A stretch of 64,000 nt of DNA from a virus, in the IMG/VR virus record IMGVR_UViG_3300032174_000002, positions 21,091-85,090 of that record; one strand, written 5' to 3'. The notes beneath the pieces are model-generated. The model searched no databases. It saw only the letters and a list, made by a program, of their open reading frames with translations, and was not told the DNA's origin. Positions 38,519-48,945 of this stretch are shown here, piece after piece (position 1 is the stretch's first letter; every line of letters starts with the position of its first letter). The position numbers and the translations under genes are program-made.

Positions 38519-38774
38519 CGCTCACCTGCACCGTCTGCGGCTTCGAGATCCCGGACCCTCCCGGCCGGAAGTACCTGGTGGTGTTCCCGCTGCCCTGGGG
38601 CGGCATCCGGATCGAGGTCGGCTGCGACCCCACCACGAGGTGGACGCCAGCGGCGCGATCGCCGTCTTCTCCAGCGCCGGCTGCTGCAACACGTGGCTGG
38701 ACAACGTCTGGCACCCGCACCTCGCCGGATGCCAGCACGACGACCCGCGGGGAAAGGCCGTCAGTCAGGCCGTC

Positions 38775-39464
38775 ATGACACCCCGCGATCCTGCCGCCTT
38801 GGTGGCCGCCTGCCGTGTTCCCTCGCACGTCCGGGAGGCAGAGGCAGGCCCCTGGCACCTCCGTCGTTTAACGCCCATCCCGGAGTTCCTGGCGCTCTAC
38901 GATGGCCTGGTGCCCCCGCTCGCTCCCTATGCCGACTACGTGGCGCTTTTCCGCCACTCCCTCGCCACCATGCACCTCGAGGGTTCGCCGGGCGAGGTGG
39001 TGATGGAAGATAGCCCCAGGGAGCTGCGCCGCCACCTGCCGCTGCTGATGGCCGCCCGCGGGCGCGTCCTCGTCTCCGGCCTGGGGCTCGGCTGCGTCGT
39101 CCGCGGGCTGCTCTCCCTGCCGGAGGTGGAACACGTCGACGTCGTGGAGATCGACCGCCACGTCGTCGAGCTGGCCGGCGGGGAGTTCGCCGGGAGTCCC
39201 CGTTGCACTCTCCGGTTAGGCGATGCGCTCACGGTCAAGTGGCCGCGCGGCGCCCGCTGGGGCTTCGCCTGGCATGACTGCTGGGACGAAGGCGGCCACC
39301 TGGCGCTGCTGCACGCGAAGCTCCTCAACCGCTACCGGCGGATGGCTGCCAGGCAAGGCGCCTGGGGGATGCCGCGGTGGTTCCGGCGCCGGGCTTGCTG
39401 GATGCTCGGCTCGCCGCGGCGCCAGCGCGGCAGGTCAGCCGCGGAGGGCAGGCATGCCGCCTGA
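38775..39464 (+). CDS. Class I SAM-dependent (spermidine-synthase-like) transferase
   Basis: GRVLVSGLGLG, VVEID, GDA, WHDCW. Confidence 0.75.
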   Translation: MTPRDPAALVAACRVPSHVREAEAGPWHLRRLTPIPEFLALYDGLVPPLAPYADYVALFRHSLATMHLEGSPGEVVMEDSPRELRRHLPLLMAARGRVLVSGLGLGCVVRGLLSLPEVEHVDVVEIDRHVVELAGGEFAGSPRCTLRLGDALTVKWPRGARWGFAWHDCWDEGGHLALLHAKLLNRYRRMAARQGAWGMPRWFRRRACWMLGSPRRQRGRSAAEGRHAA

Positions 39465-39650
39465 TCACCGCCCCGTCTCGCGCCGCCGCAACCCGGTGCG
39501 CTTCCTGCCCTCCGACCCCGAGGAGCGTCAGGCCGAGATCGCGAAGGAGGAGGCCGCTATCCGCCGGCAGGTCGGGACCTGGGGCCTTGACCTTCAGGAC
39601 CCGGCAGGGGATGGCGCGGCGATCGGCAACCCGTCGCCGAAGAGGTCCTG

Positions 39651-40085
39651 ATGACCAGCCGCCCGCACCGCAGTCTCGCCCGCTCCCTCGAGGCACTGGC
39701 CAGCGAGTACCGCCTCGGCGTCGTCGAGCTGCTCGCGAAGACGGGGAGCGCGAGCCCCTCCGAGATCCAGGCCGCACTGCCGCATCTCTCGCAACCCTCC
39801 GTCTCCCGCCATCTCCGGACCCTGCTCGATCGCGGCGTCGTCGAGCAGTCCCGAGACCTGGCCTCCCGCAACCACTGCGGGCTGCGCTACCGGCTGGCCG
39901 CCGAGGCGTTGGATCTGGTGCTGGCGCTGCGCCGCCTCGCGAACGAGATCGAAGCCGGAATCGTCGCCGAGTACTTCCCGATGGGCGTCGCCGACGTCGC
40001 GGAGCGGCACCGGCAGCAGACCGCCGCTGCCGAGCTCGGGGCCGGGCACACGCGGGGCAGCTCGCCCCAGGAGCCGCCGCCGTGA
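39651..40085 (+). CDS. ArsR-family HTH regulator
   Basis: ALA..YRL.VV.LL, LSQPSVSRHLRTL..RGVV. Confidence 0.8.
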   Translation: MTSRPHRSLARSLEALASEYRLGVVELLAKTGSASPSEIQAALPHLSQPSVSRHLRTLLDRGVVEQSRDLASRNHCGLRYRLAAEALDLVLALRRLANEIEAGIVAEYFPMGVADVAERHRQQTAAAELGAGHTRGSSPQEPPP

Positions 40086-40832
40086 AGCCGCTCACCGTGC
40101 TGACCTACGAGATCGCCGGCCGGCGCAACCGCGCGCTGAAGGCGATGGACCTCGCCGGCGACGACCTCGAGCAGGCGCGCCGGCTGCACGACCGGGCGCA
40201 GGCCCTGCTGGACCGCGCCATCCGCGAGCCGCTCGAGCGAGTTGAGCGGCCATCATGAGCGATCGACTGAAGCTCGTCCGGCCGGCGTTCCAGGTGCCGC
40301 AGCCCGATCGGTTCACGACATACCACCATGACTGCGGGGGCTGCCCGCGCGTGGATGGCTGCCGCGTGCCCGTGCCCGAACGCCAGCGTGCCGGCGAACA
40401 GGGCTAGGACCGCGACCAGCATCGCGACTCCCAGCTTGCGCATCGTCTCGTCCTCCTTGGTTGGTCGACCATGTCGGGGATCGGCGCCCCCGGTTCACCA
40501 GATTCTCAGTCTACTTCAGCTCCGCGGCGGTTCCCATCAGGCAGCTGGCAATCGCTCGCGCCTCGCCCTTGCGCATCAGGACGGGCGTGGAGATCTGCGT
40601 GCTCGTCTCCGGCTTGCCCTCCTCGCCGGCGTCTCCGGTGATGACGTGCATCACCACGTAGTCGCCTGGGCGAAGCGCTCGCCGATACCGATGGAGCAGC
40701 GATGGATGTCGAGCACGGCGCCATCGCCGGTCGCGTGCCCTGCGGTCAGATCGAACCTCGCGTTCATGCTTCGTCTCCTTGTACGCGGCCGTCACGGTCG
40801 CCGCGGAACCGTCGCGAGCTGGAGCGCTCGCC

Positions 40833-41723
40833 CTACCCCGGGAACGCCAGCCAGGCGATGACGCCCATCAGGTTCCCGGCGGTGTTGACGTGCTGCCAGG
40901 ACTTGCCGGAGACGGTGTCCTTCACGACCACCGTGAAGCCGGCGTCGGTCGAGGCGTTCAGCTTGACTGAGTGCCCGGCCGCTCCGTTGTCCAGCACGGT
41001 CACGAACACCTCCGGGATCTGCGGGCCGAAGAACCAGAACCAGCCGACGCCCGGGAACATGGTGACCGCCTGGCCGGCCCCCTTCCTGCCCGATCGGCCG
41101 GCCGGCTCCTCCCAGTGCGGGATGCGGACCTCGAAGCGGCCGCCGAGGAGCTTGAGGACCTGCCCCGCCTCGGCCTTGCCACGCTCGCTCTGCGGCGCCT
41201 GGTCGGGATGTGCCACGTCCCATGCGTAGAGCTCCTCCTGATGCTGGGCGGCCGCCGCCTCGCTGGCCTTCTTGGCGTCGTCGAAGCCGGCCCCGGAGGC
41301 TCCCGGAGGGCCGCCGGCCAGTGTCGCGAGGTGGTCCCACAGCGCGGCGCCGTTGAAGGCGACGTACTTCGCGACGGCGACGTCGTCCGCGGTCACGGCA
41401 TACTTGCCGACGAGATCGGCGTCGAGCCCTAGGGGGTTCGACGGATCGTTGGCCACCGCGGACAGCGGGTTGGCGGCCGCGGCGCCGCTGAGCCCTTCGT
41501 TGACGGTATCGCCGTAGACGTGGCCCTGGAGCTCGGGGACGCCGAGCATGGCTGCCACGGCGGCGTTCTGGGCTGTGACGGATTCCGGCGTGCCGTCGGT
41601 CGCCGGCACGATGATGGATGGGTCCCAGGACTTCGCGACGCGCCCCCCGCCGGCGGAGGCCAGATAGAGGACCTGCTTGCAGCCCTTGGCGACGGCGTAC
41701 CCACGAACGGTGCGGATGGACAT
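40833..41723 (-). CDS. Protein with Acidobacteria-type C-terminal beta domain
   Basis: GGRFEV...G.FWFF.P..PEV.V.VLD...DTVSG...N..G. Confidence 0.7.
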   Translation of the reverse strand: MSIRTVRGYAVAKGCKQVLYLASAGGGRVAKSWDPSIIVPATDGTPESVTAQNAAVAAMLGVPELQGHVYGDTVNEGLSGAAAANPLSAVANDPSNPLGLDADLVGKYAVTADDVAVAKYVAFNGAALWDHLATLAGGPPGASGAGFDDAKKASEAAAAQHQEELYAWDVAHPDQAPQSERGKAEAGQVLKLLGGRFEVRIPHWEEPAGRSGRKGAGQAVTMFPGVGWFWFFGPQIPEVFVTVLDNGAAGHSVKLNASTDAGFTVVVKDTVSGKSWQHVNTAGNLMGVIAWLAFPG

Positions 41724-41764
41724 GATTGGCTTTCTCCCTCTCCGCTCGACGAGCGGGTAGTTGA

Positions 41765-42031
41765 CTAAGGCTCTGGCGGCTTCCACTGGCCGCGGCCGCG
41801 CATTGGCGCCAGCGTGCCGGTGTCCGCGAAAGCGCCGAGCCACTCGATCAGCTCGCGCGCCAGCTTCCTGGTGAGGTGCATCCTGCCGTCGCCCTGACCC
41901 AGCCAGATACAGTAGTCGGTCGCGAGGGACGACTCCTGAATGGAGCATGCCGCGCCCGAGGCGTCCTTGAAGTCAGACCGCAGAAAGCCGCGCTCAGTGG
42001 GCTTTGCGAGCTTGATCGCGCGGCGGCTCAC
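41765..42031 (-). CDS. Conserved small phage protein
   Basis: T.RGF...F.D..G..CSIQESSLAT..IWLG...RMHLTR. Confidence 0.65.
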   Translation of the reverse strand: MSRRAIKLAKPTERGFLRSDFKDASGAACSIQESSLATDYCIWLGQGDGRMHLTRKLARELIEWLGAFADTGTLAPMRGRGQWKPPEP

Positions 42032-42867
42032 GGCACCCCGCTCCGCCACTCCGGCGTGACCGCACCGCGCGCGCCGAGTACCCGGCCATACACCGCCCCG
42101 AGAGCTCCGGCCGGCGCCGGCTCCGCGAAGACCTGGACACTTCCCTGCCACGTGATGCGTCCGGTTCTGACGGTGTCCTTCGCGACGTGGATTTCGGCCC
42201 CCAGGCCGGCCGCCGTAGTCGAGTAGGTGTAGGTGGGGCCGCCGCCGATCCGCCAGCCTTCCGAGAAGTGGGACAGCTCGAGGAATCCAGGGCGCTCCTC
42301 CGTGAACACCAGCCTGGCCTTCCCGGTCGTGTCGGAGAGCAGCACCTCGGCGTTGCCGCGCACCCTGAGGTGGCCGGTCGTGTCCCGGCACTCGAAGGTC
42401 GCGTGATCCAGCGGGTCCAGCTTGCAGGGGATGGCGCCCGGCCCCCAGATCCGGTGCTCGCCGGCGGCCGGAGCCGGCAGGCCGGTGTCCTTGTGGATCT
42501 GCGCCTCCTGATCGGGCGTCGCCACGCGCACCTTGACCGGAGCGGCATCGGTCGGTCGGTCGTTCTCGGCGAGGGTCTGCGGCGGCCCGCCGAAGGGGTG
42601 GCGCAGCGAGCGCTTGCCCTTGACCCTGGACTGCGGCACCTCCGCCGGCGCCCCTCGCGTCGGCAGCTGCGCCCCCTGGACGGCCTTCGCCGCGCGCCCC
42701 AGGGCGATCGCCGGCCCCGCGACCGACTGCAGCTCTCCGTGCCACTGCCGGTAGGCGAGCCCGACCACGACCAGGACGCAGCCGAGGACGACGATCGCGA
42801 TCAGCCGGATGGGGTGCAGGAGGATGGTGCCCAGGGCGTGCAGGGAGGAGCGCAGCGGGTTGTTCAT
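42028..42867 (-). CDS. Membrane-anchored protein, possible spanin-like lysis accessory
   Basis: N-terminal TM, C-terminal amphipathic beta strands; downstream of endolysin. Confidence 0.45.
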   Translation of the reverse strand: MNNPLRSSLHALGTILLHPIRLIAIVVLGCVLVVVGLAYRQWHGELQSVAGPAIALGRAAKAVQGAQLPTRGAPAEVPQSRVKGKRSLRHPFGGPPQTLAENDRPTDAAPVKVRVATPDQEAQIHKDTGLPAPAAGEHRIWGPGAIPCKLDPLDHATFECRDTTGHLRVRGNAEVLLSDTTGKARLVFTEERPGFLELSHFSEGWRIGGGPTYTYSTTAAGLGAEIHVAKDTVRTGRITWQGSVQVFAEPAPAGALGAVYGRVLGARGAVTPEWRSGVP

Positions 42868-43457
42868 GATGGCGCCGGCGGCGGAGCTTCCTTCGGTCGC
42901 GGATCGACAAAGGCCGGCTCCGGGTACTCGCTGGGCACCGCCGGGGCGAAGAATTGCTCCCCGTCTGGCATGATGAGCAGCCATCCGGATTCGGCTGGGT
43001 GCGTCTGCTTGTCGCCGACGACCAGTAACCACTCGGAGGCTTCGCGCAGCCGCTGGGCGTTGACCTGTGTGATGCGATGGGCGGCGTGAACGCTATCCCC
43101 GACTTGCTTCCAGTTGGATGGCTTCCATGTGGCCATTAGGTCCCCTCCCCGCCCGTCCGGCAGAGGTAGCCCCAGGCCGGGTCCCGCGCCGTCCAGGCCT
43201 GGCGATCGGCCTGCCGCTCGCGCTCGGCGACGATCGGCGCGATGGTCGCCTCCAGGACCTCGATGCGGGCGCCCAGGGTCACTTGCGGTCCTTCTCCGGC
43301 ACGACCCGCCAGTCGGGGTCGCCTCCACTCACGCGGCCCACGTCCCGCACCGGGTTGTCCCGATTGTGGGGGATGATTTCGAGGTGGCCGTCCCCGCGGA
43401 CCTTCCCCTGCCAGCGCCGGCCGGAGTGCCTGTTCTCGACCGTGACGTCTCTGTCGC

Positions 43458-43712
43458 TCATCCTCTTCCTCCCTTCTCGCCCGCGGCTGCCGGAGCAGCG
43501 GGGAGCGGCTCGAAGTTATCGGCGAAGTACTGTGCCGCGACGAGCCACTGGTCGGCGTGGTTCTTGGGGTTCCTGGCGATCATGTCGCCGGCTTTCGGAG
43601 AGCCTGCCGCCTTGTCGGGAGCGGAGATGCTTACCGCCGCGAGATCCTCGCCCGGCTCCCAGGGACGCAGTTCGGCGATCTGCTTGCGGCGATATTGCTG
43701 GAAGTTGCTCAT
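43458..43712 (-). CDS. Conserved small phage protein
   Basis: GSPK.GDMIARNPKNH.DQWLVA..YF.DNFE. Confidence 0.7.
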   Translation of the reverse strand: MSNFQQYRRKQIAELRPWEPGEDLAAVSISAPDKAAGSPKAGDMIARNPKNHADQWLVAAQYFADNFEPLPAAPAAAGEKGGRG

Positions 43713-44125
43713 GGCGTTTGTCCTCCCCGGCGCCACGGCGGACAAGTATGGGAGCAGGGCAGGGTCCTTGATATGCAGGCGCAACTCTCGACTCCGCCGC
43801 ACGAGAACGGCTCCTCGCTGGCGGCGACGACGCGCCTCAGATCCGAGAGCTGATGCAGCGTTTCCTTGCTCAACCTCAATTACCAACTACGTTCTTCTTC
43901 ATGACGTTCCCCCCTTTAGCCGCGGTTGTACGGCCTGCGCCTGCTGCGCGGCGAAGCGCTCCATGCCGAGCCTGAAGAAGCGCGCCTCGATGGCCTCCAC
44001 GGCGTCGCGCTTGAAGTCGGTCAGGCAGACGCTGCGCTGCATCTCGCCGTCGTCGCCGTAGAGCGCCTCCGGAGGGCAGCCGTGGCGCAGCCAGAGGAGC
44101 CGGCGCAGGACAAGCTCGCTGCCCG

Positions 44126-44470
44126 TCACGGCTTGACCTCGATGACCGGAGGCGCCGGCCCCTGCGCCGCGGCGATGGCGACCTTGGCCGCCACATGCTT
44201 GTTGAAGGATCTGTACGCGAGGAGCGCCGGCACCAGGATGCCGAGCTCCGCCGCCACGCCCTGCCAGGCGCGCTCACAGAACCACTGCGCGTGCGGCCAG
44301 CCCGCGATCGCCAGCACCCACGCGACCGTGATGACGATGCACTGGGCCACGACGATGCCGATGAACCAGGGGCTAGCCCCGCCCTGGCTGGCCGGGTCGC
44401 TGGCCTGGAAGGGCGCTGGCGCCTGCCCGGGGAGCAGGGAGCGCAGCGAGGCGAGGGAGGGGAGATTCAC
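44126..44470 (-). CDS. Putative holin
   Basis: Two TM helices just downstream of endolysin. Confidence 0.5.
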   Translation of the reverse strand: MNLPSLASLRSLLPGQAPAPFQASDPASQGGASPWFIGIVVAQCIVITVAWVLAIAGWPHAQWFCERAWQGVAAELGILVPALLAYRSFNKHVAAKVAIAAAQGPAPPVIEVKP

Positions 44471-44630
44471 GGCCCGAGCTTCCTGGCGACCACTGGCGGT
44501 GGGATCGTGGGGCATTCTCGCCAGATGCCGCCGAAGTTACGGAGTCCCGGGGCGGTTGGGGCGTCCCCCCTCCAGCCGCCGAGCAGCTTCATGCTCTTGA
44601 TCGTCGCCTGCTGACCGGCCGAGCCGTCCG

Positions 44631-45452
44631 CTAGCATTCCAACGCCTCCCTCGCCTTGGCGTAGTACGCCTCGCGGCTCGCCAGGCCGTTCAGGCCGCCG
44701 TTGATGGCGCGGGTGATGGCCTGGAAGGCCCACGCCTGATCGGCGGAGTCCGCGAGCCGGTTGCAGTCGTGCGTCGCCCAGTACCGGCCAGCGATGCGGA
44801 AGCCAACCCTCGGCGTCGCCGCCAGGTCCGGGTTGCCTACGAGATCCACACCGAGGGCCGCGCCCATCCCTCGGTAGCCGTCCAGCCCAGTCAGCTCAAT
44901 CGGCCCCCGCCCGCGGTATCGCCAGCCGTCCCCCGACTCCTCAGGCCCGTTGCCCATACGGTTCGCGTACACCCTGTTCGCGATGCGCTCCGGCTGGCGG
45001 GCGTAGGCGGCGGCTGTCTCGGCGTCGAAGTGGGTCGGGAAGGTGGCGAGCAGCGCCGCCGCCGAGTAGTTGAGGTTCTCGGTCCACTCCCTCAGCTCCG
45101 CCGACTCGTGGGCCAGCTGCGCCAGGAAGGCGGCGGCGCGGAGCCGGGTGTCGATGGCGAACTCGACCATGGCGCCGGTGAGGTAGGGCAGGTAGGCAGC
45201 GAGCACTCCCTCGCGCTGGTGAGGCATGATCTGGCCGAGAGCCGGCAGCGGCAGCATGAAGACGTCGGGATAGCCTGCCCCCGCCGGAGCCTCCGGGACG
45301 GCAGGCGCTACGCTGCCGGCCTGCACTACCTCCACGGAGGACGGCGGGGTGCTGCGCGCGTCAGCGGTGTCCAAGGGCGCTGACGCTCCGTTGCCGAAGA
45401 TCCGCTGGAGGATCCCCGCGGCGGCGCTGACGAGATCGTCGAAAAAGCTCAC
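44631..45452 (-). CDS. Endolysin, glycoside hydrolase family 19
   Basis: AFLAQ..HES, ENLNYS, NRMGNG..SGDGWRYRGRG.I.LTG, INGG.NG. Confidence 0.93.
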   Translation of the reverse strand: MSFFDDLVSAAAGILQRIFGNGASAPLDTADARSTPPSSVEVVQAGSVAPAVPEAPAGAGYPDVFMLPLPALGQIMPHQREGVLAAYLPYLTGAMVEFAIDTRLRAAAFLAQLAHESAELREWTENLNYSAAALLATFPTHFDAETAAAYARQPERIANRVYANRMGNGPEESGDGWRYRGRGPIELTGLDGYRGMGAALGVDLVGNPDLAATPRVGFRIAGRYWATHDCNRLADSADQAWAFQAITRAINGGLNGLASREAYYAKAREALEC

Positions 45453-45645
45453 CGCTGGCCCACCTCCTGTGCGATGTGCTGGCGCTTCTCGGTGTGCCGC
45501 TCCCATCGATGCACCCGGCGCTTCGTCGCTCGGCAGCGTGGCGAGCAGCACGGACAGACACCGCCGCGCCGCGACCAGAGATCATCGCCAGCGTGGCCGC
45601 GCTGCATGCCGCCTCTGCCTCTCGGGCCGATGACCACGCCGCGGC

Positions 45646-46824
45646 TCATGGCCCACCCAGTACGGCCACCAGCGACCAGACCGCCGCCGCGATGACGCCG
45701 AGTTCAATCAGGGAGGACACCAGGCAGCCAGCGGGGCCGCTCTTTGGCATGACGCTCCCGCCTGCGATGGTGGGAGCGCGACCACCAGGGCCAGGCGCCG
45801 GAGGCGGGGCCTGCGCGGCCGCGGCGACCGCCCCGTCCGGCACGATGCTCCCGCTGCCGAGGTGGTAGACCTTGATCGGGGCGGCAGGAAGCGGCACGTC
45901 CACTGCCTTGAAGATCGTTGAGGTGTAGTAAGCGGCCCCCTGGACGACCGCCGCAGCGTGGTCGTCGACCTCGCGGATCCTATCCACCTTGCCGTCCTTC
46001 TCGACAGCGCCCCACGGCGGGGTGGGCGCCCAGGTCGTCGCCCGGTTCGGCGCCGAGCCGAGGGCGCGCTTGCCGATGAGCACCGGCAAGGTGTTCGCGT
46101 CCACCCCGCGGTCGAGCGTTACCATGGCCGAGTCGGAGCCGACGAAGAAGGTGACCGGGGTTGCGAGCGCCCATTTGGGATTGGCGAGGGGGCGCGATCG
46201 GAGCTGCTCGAGCTCCGGCATGATCGCCCGGATCAGTAGGCGGTCGAGCGTCGGCGGGTTCGTAGCTGGCGCCGGCCCGCGCCCTGCAACAAAGTCGCTC
46301 GTCTCATCGCAGATCGTCCAGAGGTGCAACCCAGGCAGGGCGCTACGCTCGCCGGTGATCGGCGCTCCCGTCCACGACCAGAACCGCCAGAGGTCCAGCC
46401 ACTCCCAGGCGAGAGCGGCCAGCGCGGGACTGCCCTTACGCGCCAGCACCGCGGCGCTCACCAGGAAGAAGTACCAGTAGCCGCCGTCGCGGCTTCCGAC
46501 CTCCTTGCCCATCCACCCGAGGGTGGCCTTCATCTTGCCGAGCCAACTGAGCATAAGCGCGTCGGCGCCGGCTTGGCCACGCGCCACCGCATTTGCCCCC
46601 GCCACCATGGAGTAGTTCCAGGAGCCGCCGCGCAGAGCGCCATCCATGTCGCCCTGGATCGCCGCGTTGCTGTAGGCGCCGGAATCCCCGGCAGGCCAGA
46701 GCTGGCCGGCTTCGATCCACTGCCCAGCGATGAAGGGATGGGGAATACGTCTCGGGGGCCGCACGCCCAGCCAGGCCGCGAGCGAGGACTGGTTGCTCTG
46801 GACGTTCTGGGTGCCGTCGCTCAT
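45646..46824 (-). CDS. Hypothetical protein with C-terminal TM anchor
   Basis: 392-aa ORF, GGAGG RBS. Confidence 0.6.
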   Translation of the reverse strand: MSDGTQNVQSNQSSLAAWLGVRPPRRIPHPFIAGQWIEAGQLWPAGDSGAYSNAAIQGDMDGALRGGSWNYSMVAGANAVARGQAGADALMLSWLGKMKATLGWMGKEVGSRDGGYWYFFLVSAAVLARKGSPALAALAWEWLDLWRFWSWTGAPITGERSALPGLHLWTICDETSDFVAGRGPAPATNPPTLDRLLIRAIMPELEQLRSRPLANPKWALATPVTFFVGSDSAMVTLDRGVDANTLPVLIGKRALGSAPNRATTWAPTPPWGAVEKDGKVDRIREVDDHAAAVVQGAAYYTSTIFKAVDVPLPAAPIKVYHLGSGSIVPDGAVAAAAQAPPPAPGPGGRAPTIAGGSVMPKSGPAGCLVSSLIELGVIAAAVWSLVAVLGGP

Positions 46825-47465
46825 GGCATCCCTCCCGCAGGCGCCAGCCCGGCTGTGGTCCACTGCACGAAGAGGTAGGCGAGGGAGCCGGCGGCCAGCA
46901 GCCCGACGCCCCACAGGACAGCGAGCCCGACACGGCGCCAAGAGACCGGCGGCCGAGACAGCCGGCGGCGCTCGCGATTCAGGCGCTCTTGTTCCTGGCG
47001 GGCGATCCGGTTGAGGTAGCGGTCGCGCTCGGTCACCAGAACCTCAGCGCGGCGACGATCCGCCGCAGTTGAGCGCGCCAGCCGATCAGCACTGAGGAGA
47101 TCTGCTGGCCATCCAGGTAGGTCGTCAGCCAGCCGCGGTGGAGCGTGGCGGCGAGGTGGTGCCAGCCGCCATCGGCCGGACAGACGTGCTGCTCGACCGT
47201 CGTGCCGGCGAGCTTCCAGACGCGGAGGCCGGAGATGTTCACCGCTTCCTCCGGCGTTCGACCTCGCGGCGCCCCGCCTTCGTGAGCGGCCACCAGGGCC
47301 GACGCGGGTCGCCGCTATTCAGGCAGCGCACCAGGCCGCGGTCCAGGAGAGCGCGCAACGCCCGCGACCGCCTGCCGATCCTGGCCTTGCCGCGGGTCGA
47401 GGAGAGATCCCGCAGGAGATCCAGTGCTCGGTGTCGAAGCTCGGGGAGGGTTGCCATGGGATACG

Positions 47466-47494
47466 ATCATCGTCCTATCGTCGCGCGTAGTCAA
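47466..47494 (-). promoter_or_regulatory. Candidate promoter, leaderless
   Basis: TTGACT-17-GATGAT, ATG 8 nt downstream. Confidence 0.45.
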
Positions 47495-47523
47495 GAGGTG
47501 CTTTAGTGAAGGCTGCCTACTCT

Positions 47524-47727
47524 TCACGCCCCGTTCTCCCGCGCCTCCTGCGCCAGCACCCGCCGCGCCCGCTTGTCGATCCGCGCATCCAGGAAGTCCC
47601 GCAGGATCACCCGCGCCAGTTCCGCGAAGGAGGGGAAGCCGTCCTCCTTGGCCGCCTGATCGGCCCGGGCCGCCAGGACCTCTCCGTAGTCCACCGTCCG
47701 CCTGCCTGTCTGTGGTGCCATGTTCAC
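47524..47727 (-). CDS. Ribbon-helix-helix regulator
   Basis: RRTVDYGE.L....DQAAK..G..SFAELAR..L. Confidence 0.55.
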   Translation of the reverse strand: MNMAPQTGRRTVDYGEVLAARADQAAKEDGFPSFAELARVILRDFLDARIDKRARRVLAQEARENGA

Positions 47728-47738
47728 CCCCTGAACGC

Positions 47739-47814
47739 AGGCTACCGCGGCGCTGTCCAGTTGTCAAGCGCCAGAGCATAGGGCTTGACAAGTCCACGCG
47801 GACTATCGTAGACT
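47739..47814. promoter_or_regulatory. Back-to-back sigma70 promoters
   Basis: Minus TTGACA-17-TAGCCT (47767-47739); plus TTGACA-18-TAGACT (47785-47814). Confidence 0.7.
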
Positions 47815-47852
47815 GATCACAGTCAACGGCCCCGAGAGGGCAAGGAGAAGGC

Positions 47853-48209
47853 ATGAGCGACCATCCGCACTTCCGCATCGTCTCCTACGGCTGCGGCTAC
47901 TACGCCGTCCACACCCGCGCTGACGTGTACGGCGCCAGCGTGCCGATCCACGAGCCCGAGGTGCCGGACTGGGGCACGCTCTGGCACCGCTGCTGCGCCA
48001 TCATGGCCGCCGCCGAGCCGTCGCCGGAGTTGCTGCGCGAGTTGCGCGTCAAGCGCGCCGCCGCAGTGGGTGCCAGCGCCGCCAGCTGCGCCCGGCATGG
48101 CCTGGCGTGGAACGCCGCTTACCTGGCCCGCCAAGCTGCGAGGTGGGCCGAGTGCGCCCTGTCCGGTGACTTGACGCCGGCCTGCCCGCAGATGTGCAGC
48201 GCCACCTGA
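47853..48209 (+). CDS. Hypothetical protein
   Basis: AAGGAG RBS after promoter. Confidence 0.55.
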   Translation: MSDHPHFRIVSYGCGYYAVHTRADVYGASVPIHEPEVPDWGTLWHRCCAIMAAAEPSPELLRELRVKRAAAVGASAASCARHGLAWNAAYLARQAARWAECALSGDLTPACPQMCSAT

Positions 48210-48407
48210 CCACTACCGGGCCGCAAGGCCACGAGGAGAGAGCGATGTTTCCGCCCTGCGCACCATGCATCGAAGCATCCGAAGTGTCCACCACCGCCAA
48301 CGACCGCGCCTGGTGGCTGTGGCACTTCACTGGCCAAGCCCTCGCCGGACTGCTCGCCAGCGACGACGCCCCGAGGCCGGGATGGAGACCGCTGGAAGGG
48401 AGGAGCC

Positions 48408-48764
48408 ATGAGCGTCCGCGCGTGGGAGGAAGAAACGCCGGAGTACCGCGCCCACCAGTTGCGCCTGGACGCCTGGCGGCGCAAGGGCCAGCGCTTCGGC
48501 CGCGCCGTCATCCTGACCTTCATCGTCGGCGCCGTCGCGGGCTTCGCGGGCGCTATGCTCGGCATCGGCACCGCCGAGATGGAGCGTGAGAACCGGCCGC
48601 TCGTGCAGCGGACCGCACTGCCGCCGGCCGAGCTCGCCCGCTCGCTTCGGGAGTGGATGGCCAAGTGCGAGGGGGAGCGCTTATGGTGCCGCGACGGCAG
48701 CCACGGGGCCGCCTGCGACTTCAACCGCGACCGCTGCTACGCCTCGTGGAGAGAGAAGCCGTGA
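48408..48764 (+). CDS. Single-TM protein with C-terminal Cys cluster
   Basis: GGAGG RBS; TM; C..C..C..C. Confidence 0.55.
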   Translation: MSVRAWEEETPEYRAHQLRLDAWRRKGQRFGRAVILTFIVGAVAGFAGAMLGIGTAEMERENRPLVQRTALPPAELARSLREWMAKCEGERLWCRDGSHGAACDFNRDRCYASWREKP

Positions 48765-48945
48765 GCCGCCGCGCCCAGCGCTTGGCCGCCTTGTCGCTTC
48801 CCGCCGGCTGGGCCGAGCAGGTCCGGGACGGCTGGTGGCTGGTCACCGACGACGAGGGCCAGGTCCGCGTCGCCGTCAAGCTCGACCGTGATACCATGCC
48901 TGTCAACGAAGCACCGACAGACGGACCCCTTGAAGGAGGGCCTGC

